A stretch of DNA of 64,000 nucleotides from an uncultured Gemmatimonadales bacterium (GTDB lineage: Bacteria > Gemmatimonadota > Gemmatimonadetes > Longimicrobiales > RSA9): the NCBI GenBank assembly GCA_963798085.1, contig CAWCRS010000005.1, forward strand, positions 512,001 through 576,000, given 5' to 3'. Positions 9,126 through 18,449 of this stretch are shown one piece after another. Positions within the stretch are counted from its first letter, which is position 1. The number at the start of each line of letters is the position of its first letter. The notes under the pieces were generated by a model, which did no database searches, was not told the DNA's origin, and saw only the letters and a program-made list of their open reading frames with translations. The translations under genes and the position numbers were made by a program.

Positions 9126-9168
9126 ACGTGCCCTCGCCGCCGCAGCCTGCCGAGGCAGCGACTCAGAC

Positions 9169-9426
9169 TCAAGCGCGGCGCCGGCCGCGAATGGCGCGCA
9201 GCAGCAGAAGGAGCACGACCGCACCAATGAACGCTACGATTATTGTGCCGGCCAGACCGCTGACAGGCATCCGGACTCCAAGCGCTCCGAAGAGCCAGCC
9301 TCCAAGGAAGGCACCGACGATTCCCACGACAATGTCGCCCAGGATGCCGTACCCGACGCCACCAACCGCAAAGCTGGCGAGCAGACCAGCGACAAGACCA
9401 ACGATGAGCAGGGTGATGATATCCAC
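9169..9426 (-). CDS. GlsB/YeaQ/YmgE family (transglycosylase-associated) membrane protein
   Basis: GGAGG RBS with GTG start; LIVGLVAGLLA..GILGDIVVGIVGAFLGGWLF..AFIGAVVLL. Confidence 0.92.
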   Translation of the reverse strand: MDIITLLIVGLVAGLLASFAVGGVGYGILGDIVVGIVGAFLGGWLFGALGVRMPVSGLAGTIIVAFIGAVVLLLLLRAIRGRRRA

Positions 9427-9562
9427 TTGAACCCTCCGGCTTCCGAGTAAGCGCTGCAAAGACCCTGTGCTTGAAACGTCCCGGGGTCACGATCTGGAGA
9501 ACGACGTGTGTCCCTGTTGACTACGCTTCATGGCAATCGCGTCCCTCACCTCGCCGTGCACA

Positions 9563-10237
9563 TCAATGAACATCGCCGGGCGAGGCGGCTGAACGGCTGG
9601 CGGCGGCGCGTGCCTCGGCGCTGGCGAAGATCGCCACTTCCACCCGCCGGTTGGCCTGACGGCCGGCTTCGGTGTCGTTCGAAGCGATGGGCTCGGTCTC
9701 ACCGAGACCGCGCGTAGCCAGGCGGCCGCCGTCTACGCCCTGCGATCTCAGGTATGTGGCCACGCTCGTGGCCCGACGATTCGACAGTCCCTGGTTGTAC
9801 GACAGCGAGCCAACCTGGTCCGTGTGACCGACGATAAGGAGATCGGAGCCCGGATACTGAGCGAGACTCCTGGCCAGCTCTCGAAGATTCGCCCCGGCTT
9901 CGGGTCGCACTGCGTCGGCATCGAAATCGAACATCAGTCCGGAGTCGAACGTCACCTGGATGCCTTCGCCGACCCGCTCTACTGTGGCTCCCTTGATATT
10001 CTGCTTCAGTTGTTTCGCCTGCTTGTCCATTTGCGAGCCGATGATGGCGCCAGCCGCTCCACCGACCGCGGCACCGATGATGACGCCCTTCGCCGTGGAA
10101 CCGGTCGCCGTGCCGATCACCCCGCCCACCACCGCACCTCCCGCCGCGCCGACAACGGCACCCTGTCCGGCCCGCGTGGCGCAGCCGGCAAGGAACAGGC
10201 ATGCAATGGAAGCCAGCTGATAATAGCGTGTACGCAT
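9563..10237 (-). CDS. OmpA family lipoprotein with glycine zipper (YiaD-like)
   Basis: Lipobox LAGC; Gly-zipper; IVGHTD..YNQGLSNRRA..NRRVE. Confidence 0.93.
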   Translation of the reverse strand: MRTRYYQLASIACLFLAGCATRAGQGAVVGAAGGAVVGGVIGTATGSTAKGVIIGAAVGGAAGAIIGSQMDKQAKQLKQNIKGATVERVGEGIQVTFDSGLMFDFDADAVRPEAGANLRELARSLAQYPGSDLLIVGHTDQVGSLSYNQGLSNRRATSVATYLRSQGVDGGRLATRGLGETEPIASNDTEAGRQANRRVEVAIFASAEARAAASRSAASPGDVH

Positions 10238-10315
10238 GGCACACTCCCACAAACCAATGGTTAGAGATCTGCGTATAGCACCCCATTACAAGCTACGCGG
10301 AAACGGAAATGACAC

Positions 10316-10360
10316 CATCCATCGAAGGGTGGCCCGGCGGGCTAGCCCCAATGATCAATG
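10316..10360 (-). promoter_or_regulatory. Island bipartite motif, copy 4 (upstream of the OmpA-family gene)
   Basis: Minus strand TTGATCATTGGGGCTA...CCCTTCGATGGAT, same spacing as the other copies. Confidence 0.5.
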
Positions 10361-10508
10361 GTGGAGTCGCGCGCACCTGTCCATGATTGGGGGTGACGGT
10401 TCTTGCCACTCCGAATTCGCGGAGCGGGGATCGGCGGCTCATCGTGAGCGCCGCGCGGAAGCGGACATTGCGCCCCACGCTGCATGTTCGGGCAAAGGAG
10501 GCATCGGT

Positions 10509-10703
10509 ATGAATGATACGGGTGACACCATCGGCAACATCGCGAAACGCGGCAAGGCTGCGACCAGGAAGGCCGCCAGCAATGCCAGTGATGCGGCGCA
10601 GGCTGCAGCGGACCAGACTCTGGAACTGGCGCGGCGGGCATTCGAGAAGATCAAGGCAGACCGCATGAAGACTGTGAAGAAGTCCGACGCCGGCGTCGGG
10701 TAG
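10509..10703 (+). CDS. Small Ala/Lys-rich hydrophilic protein (CsbD/LEA-like character)
   Basis: Strong AAGGAGG RBS; MNDTGDTIGNIAKRGKAATRKAASNASDAAQAAA, 64 aa. Confidence 0.6.
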   Translation: MNDTGDTIGNIAKRGKAATRKAASNASDAAQAAADQTLELARRAFEKIKADRMKTVKKSDAGVG

Positions 10704-10743
10704 TCCTTCAGAGCTAGGCCAGGATCCCGTCGATTGATCGATT
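10699..10743 (+). promoter_or_regulatory. Island bipartite motif, copy 5
   Basis: GGTAGTCCTTCAGAGCTA...GATCCCGTCGATTGATCGATT. Confidence 0.65.
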
Positions 10744-10827
10744 CCTCGCGGCCCGTGCGGATGATAACGTTGATGGCTGGATCGTGTCGCCCGTCGTGAA
10801 ATCCACGCAAGGCGCATCGGTCATTGC

Positions 10828-10989
10828 ATGAAAGACAACATGACACGCGAGGTTTCGCTCAATTCGCGGATCGTGGCGCTGCTGCGCAACGTGCAGAAGA
10901 CGCAGGCCCAGCTGCGCAAGGGCCTGGGGTTTCCGTCCGGTAAGGCGTGGAGGATTGCGTGGAAGACGAGCGGATCCCGACAAAGCTGA
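10828..10989 (+). CDS. Putative 53-aa ORF whose stop codon lies in the tRNA 3' end/att core
   Basis: MKDNMTREVSLNSRIVALLRNVQKTQAQLRKGLGF...; downstream of motif copy 5; weak RBS. Confidence 0.35.
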   Translation: MKDNMTREVSLNSRIVALLRNVQKTQAQLRKGLGFPSGKAWRIAWKTSGSRQS

Positions 10990-11056
10990 CGGTCGGATTC
11001 GAACCGACGACCTGCTGATTACAAATCAGCTGCTCTACCAACTGAGCTACGTCAGC
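10984..11056 (-). tRNA. tRNA-Thr (anticodon TGT), CCA not encoded
   Basis: GCTGACGTAGCTCAGTTGGTAGAGCAGCTGATTTGTAATCAGCAGGTCGTCGGTTCGAATCCGACCGTCAGCT forms a full cloverleaf. Confidence 0.98.
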
Positions 11057-11179
11057 ATGCACGGAACGGGGTAAGCGACGACGCCGTTCCGGCGCACGTT
11101 CCCGTGGTACCGTCGTCGCCCGACAAGCTAATCAGGCGGGCGCGACGGGGTCAACGCACCGCCATGCACGGTCTCCGCC

Positions 11180-12631
11180 CTACAGCTTCTTCCACCGCGG
11201 GCCGGCGGGCGTATCCTCGACGGCCACGCCGGCGGCCGCCAGTTGCTGGCGGATCGCGTCGGCGGCCGCAAAGTCGCGCCGGCCCCGCGCGGCCTGGCGC
11301 TCGCCCACCTTCTGCTCCACCCACGCCGCGAAATCCGACGCCATGTCCGCCGACGCCTGCCGCGCCAGGCTGATCACGCCCAGCACGTCATCCATGCTGT
11401 CCACCGCGTGGCGCGCACGTTCCAGGTCGGCCGGCCGCACCGTACCCAGCCGGTCCAGCTCGGCGTTCACTTCGCGCACGAACGGAAACAGCGCGGCCAG
11501 CGCATTCGCCGCGTTGAGGTCGTCGTCCAGCGCGGCTTCGAATTCCTGCAGCGCGCGCAGTGCTGCTTGCGCGATCCCCGACAGGGGCGCTGCGTCGCTC
11601 ACGGGCGTCTCGTCCAGGCGGCGGCGGAACGCGAGCAGGCGCTGCACCGCCGTACCCGCATCCGCCAGCGTCTGCAGGGAGAAGTTCAGTTCCTTGCGAT
11701 AATGTGTTGTCAGGTACAGATAGCGCAGCGCTGCGGCCGAGTAGCCTCGCTCCAGCAGCTGCCCGAGCCGGTAGTCGTTGCCTTTCGACTTGGACATCTT
11801 CTCGCCGTCGACCTTCAAATGCGTCACGTGCAGCCAGAAACGCACGAACGGCCGGCCGGTCGCGGCTTCGCTCTGCGCGATCTCATCCTCGTGGTGCGGG
11901 AACTTCAGGTCCTCGCCGCCCATGTGGATGTCGAAGGTTTCGCCCAGCTCCTTCATGCTCATGGCGGAGCACTCAATGTGCCAGCCGGGCCGGCCCTCGC
12001 CCCAGGGCGTGGCCCATGCCGCATGCGCGTGGCGGTCCGCTTCGTTCGCCGCCTTCCAGAGCGCGAAGTCGCGCGCATCCTCCTTCTCGTACTCGTCGGC
12101 ATCCACCGTATTCGTGCGACTGGCCAGTCCCGCGCCCGCGCGGATGGCACTCAGGTCGATGCGGGACAGCCGACCGTACGCCGGGAACGATGCGATCGAG
12201 AAGTAGACGGAACCATCGCTCACGTAGGCGTGGCCCTTCTCGATGAGCCGCTCGATCAGCGCCACCATGTCGGGAATGTGCTCCGTAGCGCGCGGGTACA
12301 CATCGGCGCGCTTGATGCCCAGCCGGTCCAGGTCCGTGAAGAACACTTCGATCTGCGGGCCCGTGATGTCCGCAATGCAGACGCCGCCTTCCAATGCGGC
12401 ATCAATGATCTTGTCCTCGACATCCGTGAGATTCATCACATAACGGACTGTCAGCCCCTTCCATTCGAGGAAGCGGTGCAGGATGTCGTAGACCACGAAC
12501 GAGCGGAAATTGCCGATGTGCGGCGCCCGATAGACGGTGGGCCCGCAGGCGTAGAGGCGGGCCACACCGGCCGCCAGCGGCTGGAATGGCTCGACCGTCC
12601 GCGACAACGTGTTGTAGAGCTGGATCGCCAT
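11180..12631 (-). CDS. cysS: Cysteine--tRNA ligase
   Basis: CGPTVY, HIGN, GRPGWHIECSAM, KMSKS. Confidence 0.98.
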   Translation of the reverse strand: MAIQLYNTLSRTVEPFQPLAAGVARLYACGPTVYRAPHIGNFRSFVVYDILHRFLEWKGLTVRYVMNLTDVEDKIIDAALEGGVCIADITGPQIEVFFTDLDRLGIKRADVYPRATEHIPDMVALIERLIEKGHAYVSDGSVYFSIASFPAYGRLSRIDLSAIRAGAGLASRTNTVDADEYEKEDARDFALWKAANEADRHAHAAWATPWGEGRPGWHIECSAMSMKELGETFDIHMGGEDLKFPHHEDEIAQSEAATGRPFVRFWLHVTHLKVDGEKMSKSKGNDYRLGQLLERGYSAAALRYLYLTTHYRKELNFSLQTLADAGTAVQRLLAFRRRLDETPVSDAAPLSGIAQAALRALQEFEAALDDDLNAANALAALFPFVREVNAELDRLGTVRPADLERARHAVDSMDDVLGVISLARQASADMASDFAAWVEQKVGERQAARGRRDFAAADAIRQQLAAAGVAVEDTPAGPRWKKL

Positions 12632-12651
12632 CGTTCCCCGGGTTGTGCGCC

Positions 12652-13584
12652 TCAGCGCCGCGTGGCCGCCTCGTCGGCCAGCTCGCCTAACGCGGGCTTC
12701 TGGTCCTGCCCCCAGTACACGCTGATGTGCCTGAACGGAATCTCGATCTTTTCCGCATCAAACCGGTTCTTGATGCGGCGCCGCAGTTCCCTCGCCACCG
12801 CCCACTGCTGCTGCGGCAGCGTGCGCACGCTCATGCGGATCACCACGGCGGATTCGCCCAGCTGCTCCACGCCCAGCACTTCCGGGGCGTCCAGCAGCAG
12901 CGGCGCCCATGCCGGGTCGGCGTGGAAGGAACGGCCCTCGCCGCGCAGCACATCGATCACATGATCGACATCTTCCCGATACGCCACGCCAATGTCGAGC
13001 ACCGCACGCGACCACGACTTGGTCAGATTGCTGACCCGCGTGATGGCGCTGTTGGGCACGATGTGCACGGTACCATGCGCGTCGCGCAGCACCGTGGTGC
13101 GCAGGGTGATGCGTTCCACCTGACCCGACACATCGCTGAGCCGCACAATGTCACCCACCGCGAACTGGCCTTCCAGCAGCAGGAACGTGCCGGTGATCAC
13201 GTCCTTGACCAGCGATTGCGCACCGAAGGAGACGGCGAGACCGAGCACGCCGACGCTGGCCAGCAGTGGCCCGATATCGACGAAGTTGCCCAGCACGGTC
13301 AGCGCGGCCACCACCGCGATCACCACCAGCGCCACACTGCCCAGCAGGCTGGCCAGCGTCTGCGCCCGCTGCTGGCGCAAGCGCTTTTCGACGGGGTCTT
13401 CGTCCTGGATCTCGCGCTCGACCAGCTTGCTTATCAGCAGTCGCACACCGCGATACGTGAGTACCGCAATGACGATGACGACGGCGGTCTGGAGCAGCTT
13501 CAGCAGGAGGGCGTCGAAGTGCAGCAGCCCGCGCCAGCCCGGGAGCGCCTGGACTGCGGAACCTGCAGGCTGTTGCGCAATCAT
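12652..13584 (-). CDS. MscS family mechanosensitive channel (YbiO-like)
   Basis: GLAVSFGAQSLVKDVITG, GQVERITLRTT, VPNS, IEIPF. Confidence 0.93.
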   Translation of the reverse strand: MIAQQPAGSAVQALPGWRGLLHFDALLLKLLQTAVVIVIAVLTYRGVRLLISKLVEREIQDEDPVEKRLRQQRAQTLASLLGSVALVVIAVVAALTVLGNFVDIGPLLASVGVLGLAVSFGAQSLVKDVITGTFLLLEGQFAVGDIVRLSDVSGQVERITLRTTVLRDAHGTVHIVPNSAITRVSNLTKSWSRAVLDIGVAYREDVDHVIDVLRGEGRSFHADPAWAPLLLDAPEVLGVEQLGESAVVIRMSVRTLPQQQWAVARELRRRIKNRFDAEKIEIPFRHISVYWGQDQKPALGELADEAATRR

Positions 13585-14006
13585 CGGGGCAGCAGTCGGA
13601 TCTCCGTAATCAGCCAGCGATCACGCTCCAGCTCGAGCGCTACGAACACGGTGGACGATTCGGGAATGCTGGTGCCGCGAGAGCGCGTGATCCACGTCAG
13701 TTCGACCCACGCGCGACGCGGCTGGCCCGGCAGTTCCTTGGCCGTGCCCACTCGCGTCTCCACGGTCTGGCGCTCATCGAACAGATGACGCAGCGCGGAG
13801 GCCGCCTGCCTTCCCGTCAGTGGACCGACACGCTCGCCGCTCACGTCCAGCGAAACACCGGCACGTGCGAGCTGTCCCAGCACTGCGGTGACGTCGCCGC
13901 GCTGCCAGGCACTGGCAATGTGCTGCGCAACGGGACGGAAGTCCTGCGCCTTCGCACCCGCCGCAGCGCACAGCAGCGCGCCCGCCACCAGCAGGGACCG
14001 ACTCAT
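13581..14006 (-). CDS. Exported hypothetical protein (DUF4783-like)
   Basis: Signal peptide; ATGA overlaps with both neighbours. Confidence 0.7.
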   Translation of the reverse strand: MSRSLLVAGALLCAAAGAKAQDFRPVAQHIASAWQRGDVTAVLGQLARAGVSLDVSGERVGPLTGRQAASALRHLFDERQTVETRVGTAKELPGQPRRAWVELTWITRSRGTSIPESSTVFVALELERDRWLITEIRLLPR

Positions 14007-14716
14007 CCGGCGAGCTGTGCCGTGCCGTTCATCTCGGCGAGAATCTGCTCGACGGCGGCAACGTGATCTTCCGCTTCCAGCACGGGCCGGCCAATGACCA
14101 GATAGTCGGCGCCGGCGCGTACAGCACTGGCAGGCGTCAATGTGCGTGCCTGATCCGATGAACTCGACCCTTCCGGCCGGATGCCCGGCGTCACGACGAG
14201 GAAGTCGACGCCATGACGCCGCCGCAGGGCTTCGGCTTCGAGCGGCGACGTCACTACGCCGTGCATGCCGGCTTCCGCAGCGAGCAATGCCAGCCGCACC
14301 ACTTCGTCGCGTACCGAGAGAACTTCCTTGTTCCAGACTTCTTCCACATCCACCGGCGTGAACGACGTGAGAATGGTGACGCCGAGGAGGCGAGGACCAT
14401 CGTCGCCAACAGCCGCACGCGCCGCGCGCATCATGGCCGTGCCACCCGATGCGTGCAGTGTCAGCAGCTGCACATCCAGCGCGGCCGCGCTCTCCACCGC
14501 CCGCGCGACGGTATTGGGAATGTCGTGGTACTTGAGGTCCAGGAAGACGCGCTTGCCGCGCGAGCGCAGCTCGCGGATCACGCCGGGACCACCACGCGTG
14601 AACAGCGGCGACCCGATCTTGTAGAAGCTGATCGCATCGCCCAGGTCATCAACCAGCCCCATGGCGACACTGGTAGAAGGCAGATCGAGCGCAACAATGA
14701 TTTCCGCCATCGACAT
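14003..14716 (-). CDS. pyrF: Orotidine-5'-phosphate decarboxylase
   Basis: IIVALD, FLDLKYHDIPNTV, VTPGIR, VIGRPV. Confidence 0.97.
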   Translation of the reverse strand: MSMAEIIVALDLPSTSVAMGLVDDLGDAISFYKIGSPLFTRGGPGVIRELRSRGKRVFLDLKYHDIPNTVARAVESAAALDVQLLTLHASGGTAMMRAARAAVGDDGPRLLGVTILTSFTPVDVEEVWNKEVLSVRDEVVRLALLAAEAGMHGVVTSPLEAEALRRRHGVDFLVVTPGIRPEGSSSSDQARTLTPASAVRAGADYLVIGRPVLEAEDHVAAVEQILAEMNGTAQLAG

Positions 14717-14727
14717 CCTGCTGCCGA

Positions 14728-15642
14728 TCAGAGCCGGCCGACCCCCACAATGTCCTCGACGCGCGCGATGCCGTGATCGGCGCCCCAGCGATTGAGACCC
14801 GTCAATACACGCCCCGCCGCGCGGGGGTCCGCGAATGTAGCCGTGCCGATCTGGATCAGCGACGCCCCCGCAAACAGATACTGCAGTGCGTCCTTCGCGG
14901 TGCGGATGCCACCTGCGCCAATGATGGGGACGGACACCCGCCTGCGCGCCTGCCACACGGCGTGCACACCCATGGGCAGGATCGCGGGACCGCTGACACC
15001 GCCCGTGCCCGCACCCAGCACGGCCTGTCGCGTTTCCGGATCGAACAGCAGGCCGGGGAACGTGTTGATCAATGTGAGCGCATCCGCGCCCGCCGCCACA
15101 GCCACTTCGGCCAGGCGTCCGATGTCGGGCACGTTGGGCGCGAGTTTGACAACCAGGGGTCGCTTCGTGATCGGCCGGACGGTTGTGATCACTTCGCTCA
15201 GCAGATCCTCGCGCGTCGAAAAGATCGCACCACCCCGCTCCACATTGGGGCACGAGACATTCAGCTCGTAACAGAAGAAGCCCGGCGCATCATCCAGACG
15301 GCGCACGATCTCGGCGTATTCGCCGGCTGAGCCACCGGCGACATTGACGAGCACGTGCGCCCGGCCCAGTCGTTGCGCCAGCCAGGGCAGCTTCTCGCCG
15401 CGTACCGCGTCCACGCCGACATTCGCGAGACCCACCGAATTGAGCATGCCGGCGTCGAATTCGGCGACGCGCGGCGAGGCGTTACCGGCGCGGGCCTCGA
15501 GCGTGACCGCCTTGATGACGAGTCCGCCCAGCGTGTCGATGTCGAAATTGCCATCCAGTTCCTCACCGTAGCCGCACGTGCCGCTGGCGAGCAGGATGGG
15601 ATTCTGGAAGGTCTGCCCGAGTACGTTCTGCTCGAGCTTCAC
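14728..15642 (-). CDS. pyrD: Dihydroorotate dehydrogenase, family 1
   Basis: NPILLASG, NSVGLAN, ELNVSCPN, VKLAPN, GGVSG. Confidence 0.96.
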   Translation of the reverse strand: MKLEQNVLGQTFQNPILLASGTCGYGEELDGNFDIDTLGGLVIKAVTLEARAGNASPRVAEFDAGMLNSVGLANVGVDAVRGEKLPWLAQRLGRAHVLVNVAGGSAGEYAEIVRRLDDAPGFFCYELNVSCPNVERGGAIFSTREDLLSEVITTVRPITKRPLVVKLAPNVPDIGRLAEVAVAAGADALTLINTFPGLLFDPETRQAVLGAGTGGVSGPAILPMGVHAVWQARRRVSVPIIGAGGIRTAKDALQYLFAGASLIQIGTATFADPRAAGRVLTGLNRWGADHGIARVEDIVGVGRL

Positions 15643-17300
15643 GGACGCCGCAGCGCGAACGTGTCGGGAATGACCTTGCCTTTCGCTTTCGCCTTGTTGC
15701 GGAGCGAGTCCACCGCGAGCCGCGTGGAATCACGCAGCAGCAGCGTGTCCATGTGCAGCACCGCGGCCACGCGCGCCCCATCCCTGCGCACGCACGCCGA
15801 GCGGACACTGTCGGCGCGAATGCCGTTGATGGCGAGGCTGTCGATGAGCATGCCGCAGGCAAGGCGCAGGCTGTCGGCCGCAGCACGCGCCTCCAGGCTG
15901 TCGAGGCGGGCTATGGCAACACCCACGCGCACGTCGCGTGCGTCGGCCTCGTGCATGGCGTCGTCGCGCAGAGCGGTGAGCGAACGCAAGAGACGCGACT
16001 CCGCCGCGCTGTACGCCTCCGCATCGGGGTCGCCGCCGGTCACGGCCAGCACATACACGTTGTCAGGGTGTGCATGCAGGCGGGCCACGACGGTGTCGTT
16101 CTGCTCGCCGTTCACTGACAGGGCCGCCGCGGCCAGCATGGCTTTCGGCGCCCAGATCGCATCGGGCACAATGTCGGCATAGGCGAGGAAGAGCTGGCGC
16201 GCGAGGCGGGGCGCGCGCAGTTCATCGCGCGCGATCTCGGCTGCCGCGAAGAGCGCCAGTGGCTGGGCCGCCTGGTCGGCGCGTTCCATCAGCACTTCGA
16301 CCGTCTTGATGCCGCGCAGCATGATGCGCGCGTCCGGATCGTTCAGTGCGGGGAGCAGCAGCGCGCGCACGGGCGAGAGGTCCGTGATGCTGTCCGCACG
16401 CGCCAGCTCGAGCCGTCCCGCCAGAGCCCTCGCCTGCCCCGCGGTCACCGGTGACGCGCGGCCCGCCAGCTCGAGCGCGGCCGTGATCGCAGCCGTCGTG
16501 TCACCGGCCCGCGCACGCAGCGCAATGCGCAGGAATCCCTGTGACTCGCGTTGCGCCGTGGGCCAGTCGCTGCCGGCCGCCGCATCGAGCAGCAATGCCG
16601 CCCAGGCCGCGCCGAAGTGACCCGCGGCCTGGTCGACGAGCACGCCCACACTGTCGGCCCAGCGCGCCGCAGCGCGTTCACGGAACAGCCGCCCCGTGCT
16701 GGCGCGCAGGCGGGCGCTGTCCTCCAGCTCCACGGCGCGGCGCGCGCGTTCCAGCTCGGCTTCCAGTGCTGCCGGGGCGTGATTCGCGCTCGCGGCATCC
16801 AGATCCTGCCACGCACCCTGCGTCTCATCCTCGCCAAAGCGCACCCTTGCGCGCCAGAGCCGGGCAAACGCTGTGTTATCGGCATCCAGCCTGCCACTCA
16901 GCGCGCTGTCCAGGCGGGCGCTGGCCAGCGCGGGATTGCCCAGCAGCAGCTCGCACGCGCCCAGTCTCGCCTGCGCGGCCGCGCGGCGCTCGCCCTGGGG
17001 CTCCATCTCGAGCAGCTTGAGCAGTGCGCCGCGCGCGGCCTCGTATTCACCGCGCTCGAAGCGTGCACGCGCGATCAGCCACAGCGCATCGTCGGCCCAG
17101 CGCCCAGCGGGGTGTTTGCGATAGCTCGCGGCCGCCTTTTCAATGGACTCGAGCCACGCCCGGCTGGCCGCTTCGCGCTGCCCGTGCGCGGCCGCGTTTT
17201 CCGCCGCGCTGAAGCGGCGCTGCGCGTTGTACATGGAATTGAAATAGCCGCAGCCCGCGAGCAGCAGTGCAGCCAGCAATGCGAGCGGCCGGCGCATCAC
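15639..17300 (-). CDS. TPR-like lipoprotein
   Basis: Lipobox LAGC then YFNSMYNAQR, WADDALWLIARA; coupled to both neighbours. Confidence 0.75.
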   Translation of the reverse strand: MMRRPLALLAALLLAGCGYFNSMYNAQRRFSAAENAAAHGQREAASRAWLESIEKAAASYRKHPAGRWADDALWLIARARFERGEYEAARGALLKLLEMEPQGERRAAAQARLGACELLLGNPALASARLDSALSGRLDADNTAFARLWRARVRFGEDETQGAWQDLDAASANHAPAALEAELERARRAVELEDSARLRASTGRLFRERAAARWADSVGVLVDQAAGHFGAAWAALLLDAAAGSDWPTAQRESQGFLRIALRARAGDTTAAITAALELAGRASPVTAGQARALAGRLELARADSITDLSPVRALLLPALNDPDARIMLRGIKTVEVLMERADQAAQPLALFAAAEIARDELRAPRLARQLFLAYADIVPDAIWAPKAMLAAAALSVNGEQNDTVVARLHAHPDNVYVLAVTGGDPDAEAYSAAESRLLRSLTALRDDAMHEADARDVRVGVAIARLDSLEARAAADSLRLACGMLIDSLAINGIRADSVRSACVRRDGARVAAVLHMDTLLLRDSTRLAVDSLRNKAKAKGKVIPDTFALRRP

Positions 17301-18449
17301 GGTGTGCCGCCCGTCATGAGTCGCTCGTGGTCATCGAAGAAGCTGTCGATGGCGCCGGCCACCGCCTTCGCGATGTCTTCCTGGAACGTGGCCTGGCGGA
17401 TCAGCTTCGCCTCCGCGGGATTCGAGATGAACGCGACCTCCACGAGCACAGCCGGCATGAGCGCGCCCACCAGCACGCGGAAGCCCGCGCGCTTGACGCC
17501 GCGGTCCGGCCCGCTGTGTACCCCCGCGATCGCCGACTGAACATCGTCGGCCAGATCGCTCGAGGCACGCACCCAGAAATCGTTGCGCAGTCCGTTCAGG
17601 ATGCCGTCTTCTTCGGAGTCCGACTTCGCCGGCTGGTTCTCGAACGCAACCGCCGCGTTCTCCATCTCGGCAACACGCTGTTCGTCTTCCGTGCGCGCAT
17701 CGGCCAGCAGGAAGGTCTCGAAACCGCGCACCGTCTTCGTCTGCGTGGGCGCCGAGTTCATGTGTATCGAGATGAAGAGCGCCGAGGGCCGGCCGTTCTT
17801 CCACTGATTCGCGAAACGGGGCCGGTCGGCGAGCGCGATCAGTGTATCGGTGGTGCGCGTGAAATGCACTTCGTAGCCCCTCGCCTTCAGCAGACTGCCC
17901 AGCCGCCTGCTCAGTTGCAGCGTAGCGTCTTTCTCGCGCAGACCATTGGGCCCGATCTTGCCCGTGTCTTCGCCCACCGTGACCGGGATCGATCACGACC
18001 ACGCGCTGCGGCGGTTTCGCGGGTGGTGGCGGCGCCACGGGCCGGTCGATGGCGCCGCTGATGGTGAGCACACCGTCGGCGAAACGTACCCGATCCGCGT
18101 GCGCGGCGGGCAACCAGTCGCTGAAGAAGGCGGCCGGCAGTGCCACGTCGTCGCCGGCCTGGCCCACGGGCGTAGCCAGTGGCACGACCGCAGCGCCACG
18201 TGTGAAGAAGGGCGACCCCACCCAGAAGCTCAGCGTATCGCCGAGCAGCACCACGCGCATGCCGCCGGCCGTGGGAATGAAGCGGGCTCCCGCTGCTTCC
18301 AGCGCGCGCGACGGCCACGCGAGCGCGCCAGCGCCCGCGACCGCATCCACGGTGGCCTTCTGCCCGCCCGCATTGATCTGCAGCCTCGAGCCCTGCGCGG
18401 CGAGGGCGCCCGGCAGTGCCAGCGTCAATGCCAGCGCGACACTGCGCAT
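17297..18449 (-). CDS. N-acetylmuramoyl-L-alanine amidase (Amidase_3); +1 frameshift at ~17974
   Basis: VVIDPGHGG in one frame continues as EDTGKIGPNGLREKD..ISIHMN..PAVLVEVAFISN; extra G in a G run. Confidence 0.9.

Larger units (their letters stand above)
3237..11011. mobile_element. tRNA-Thr-integrated genomic island (~7.7 kb), no integrase visible
   Basis: Flanked by 28-bp direct repeats, one being the tRNA 3' end; accessory cargo; codon usage looks less GC3-biased than the flanks (visual impression only). Confidence 0.8.

Noticed and set aside
4570..10743. Dispersed 45-bp motif considered as CRISPR repeats or MITE/REP elements
   Set aside because: Copies are degenerate, hundreds to thousands of bp apart and gene-proximal; no cas genes, spacers, TIRs or TSDs
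10859..11062. 67-aa ORF MHADVAQLVEQLICNQQVVGSNPTVS
   Set aside because: It is a translation of the tRNA-Thr gene
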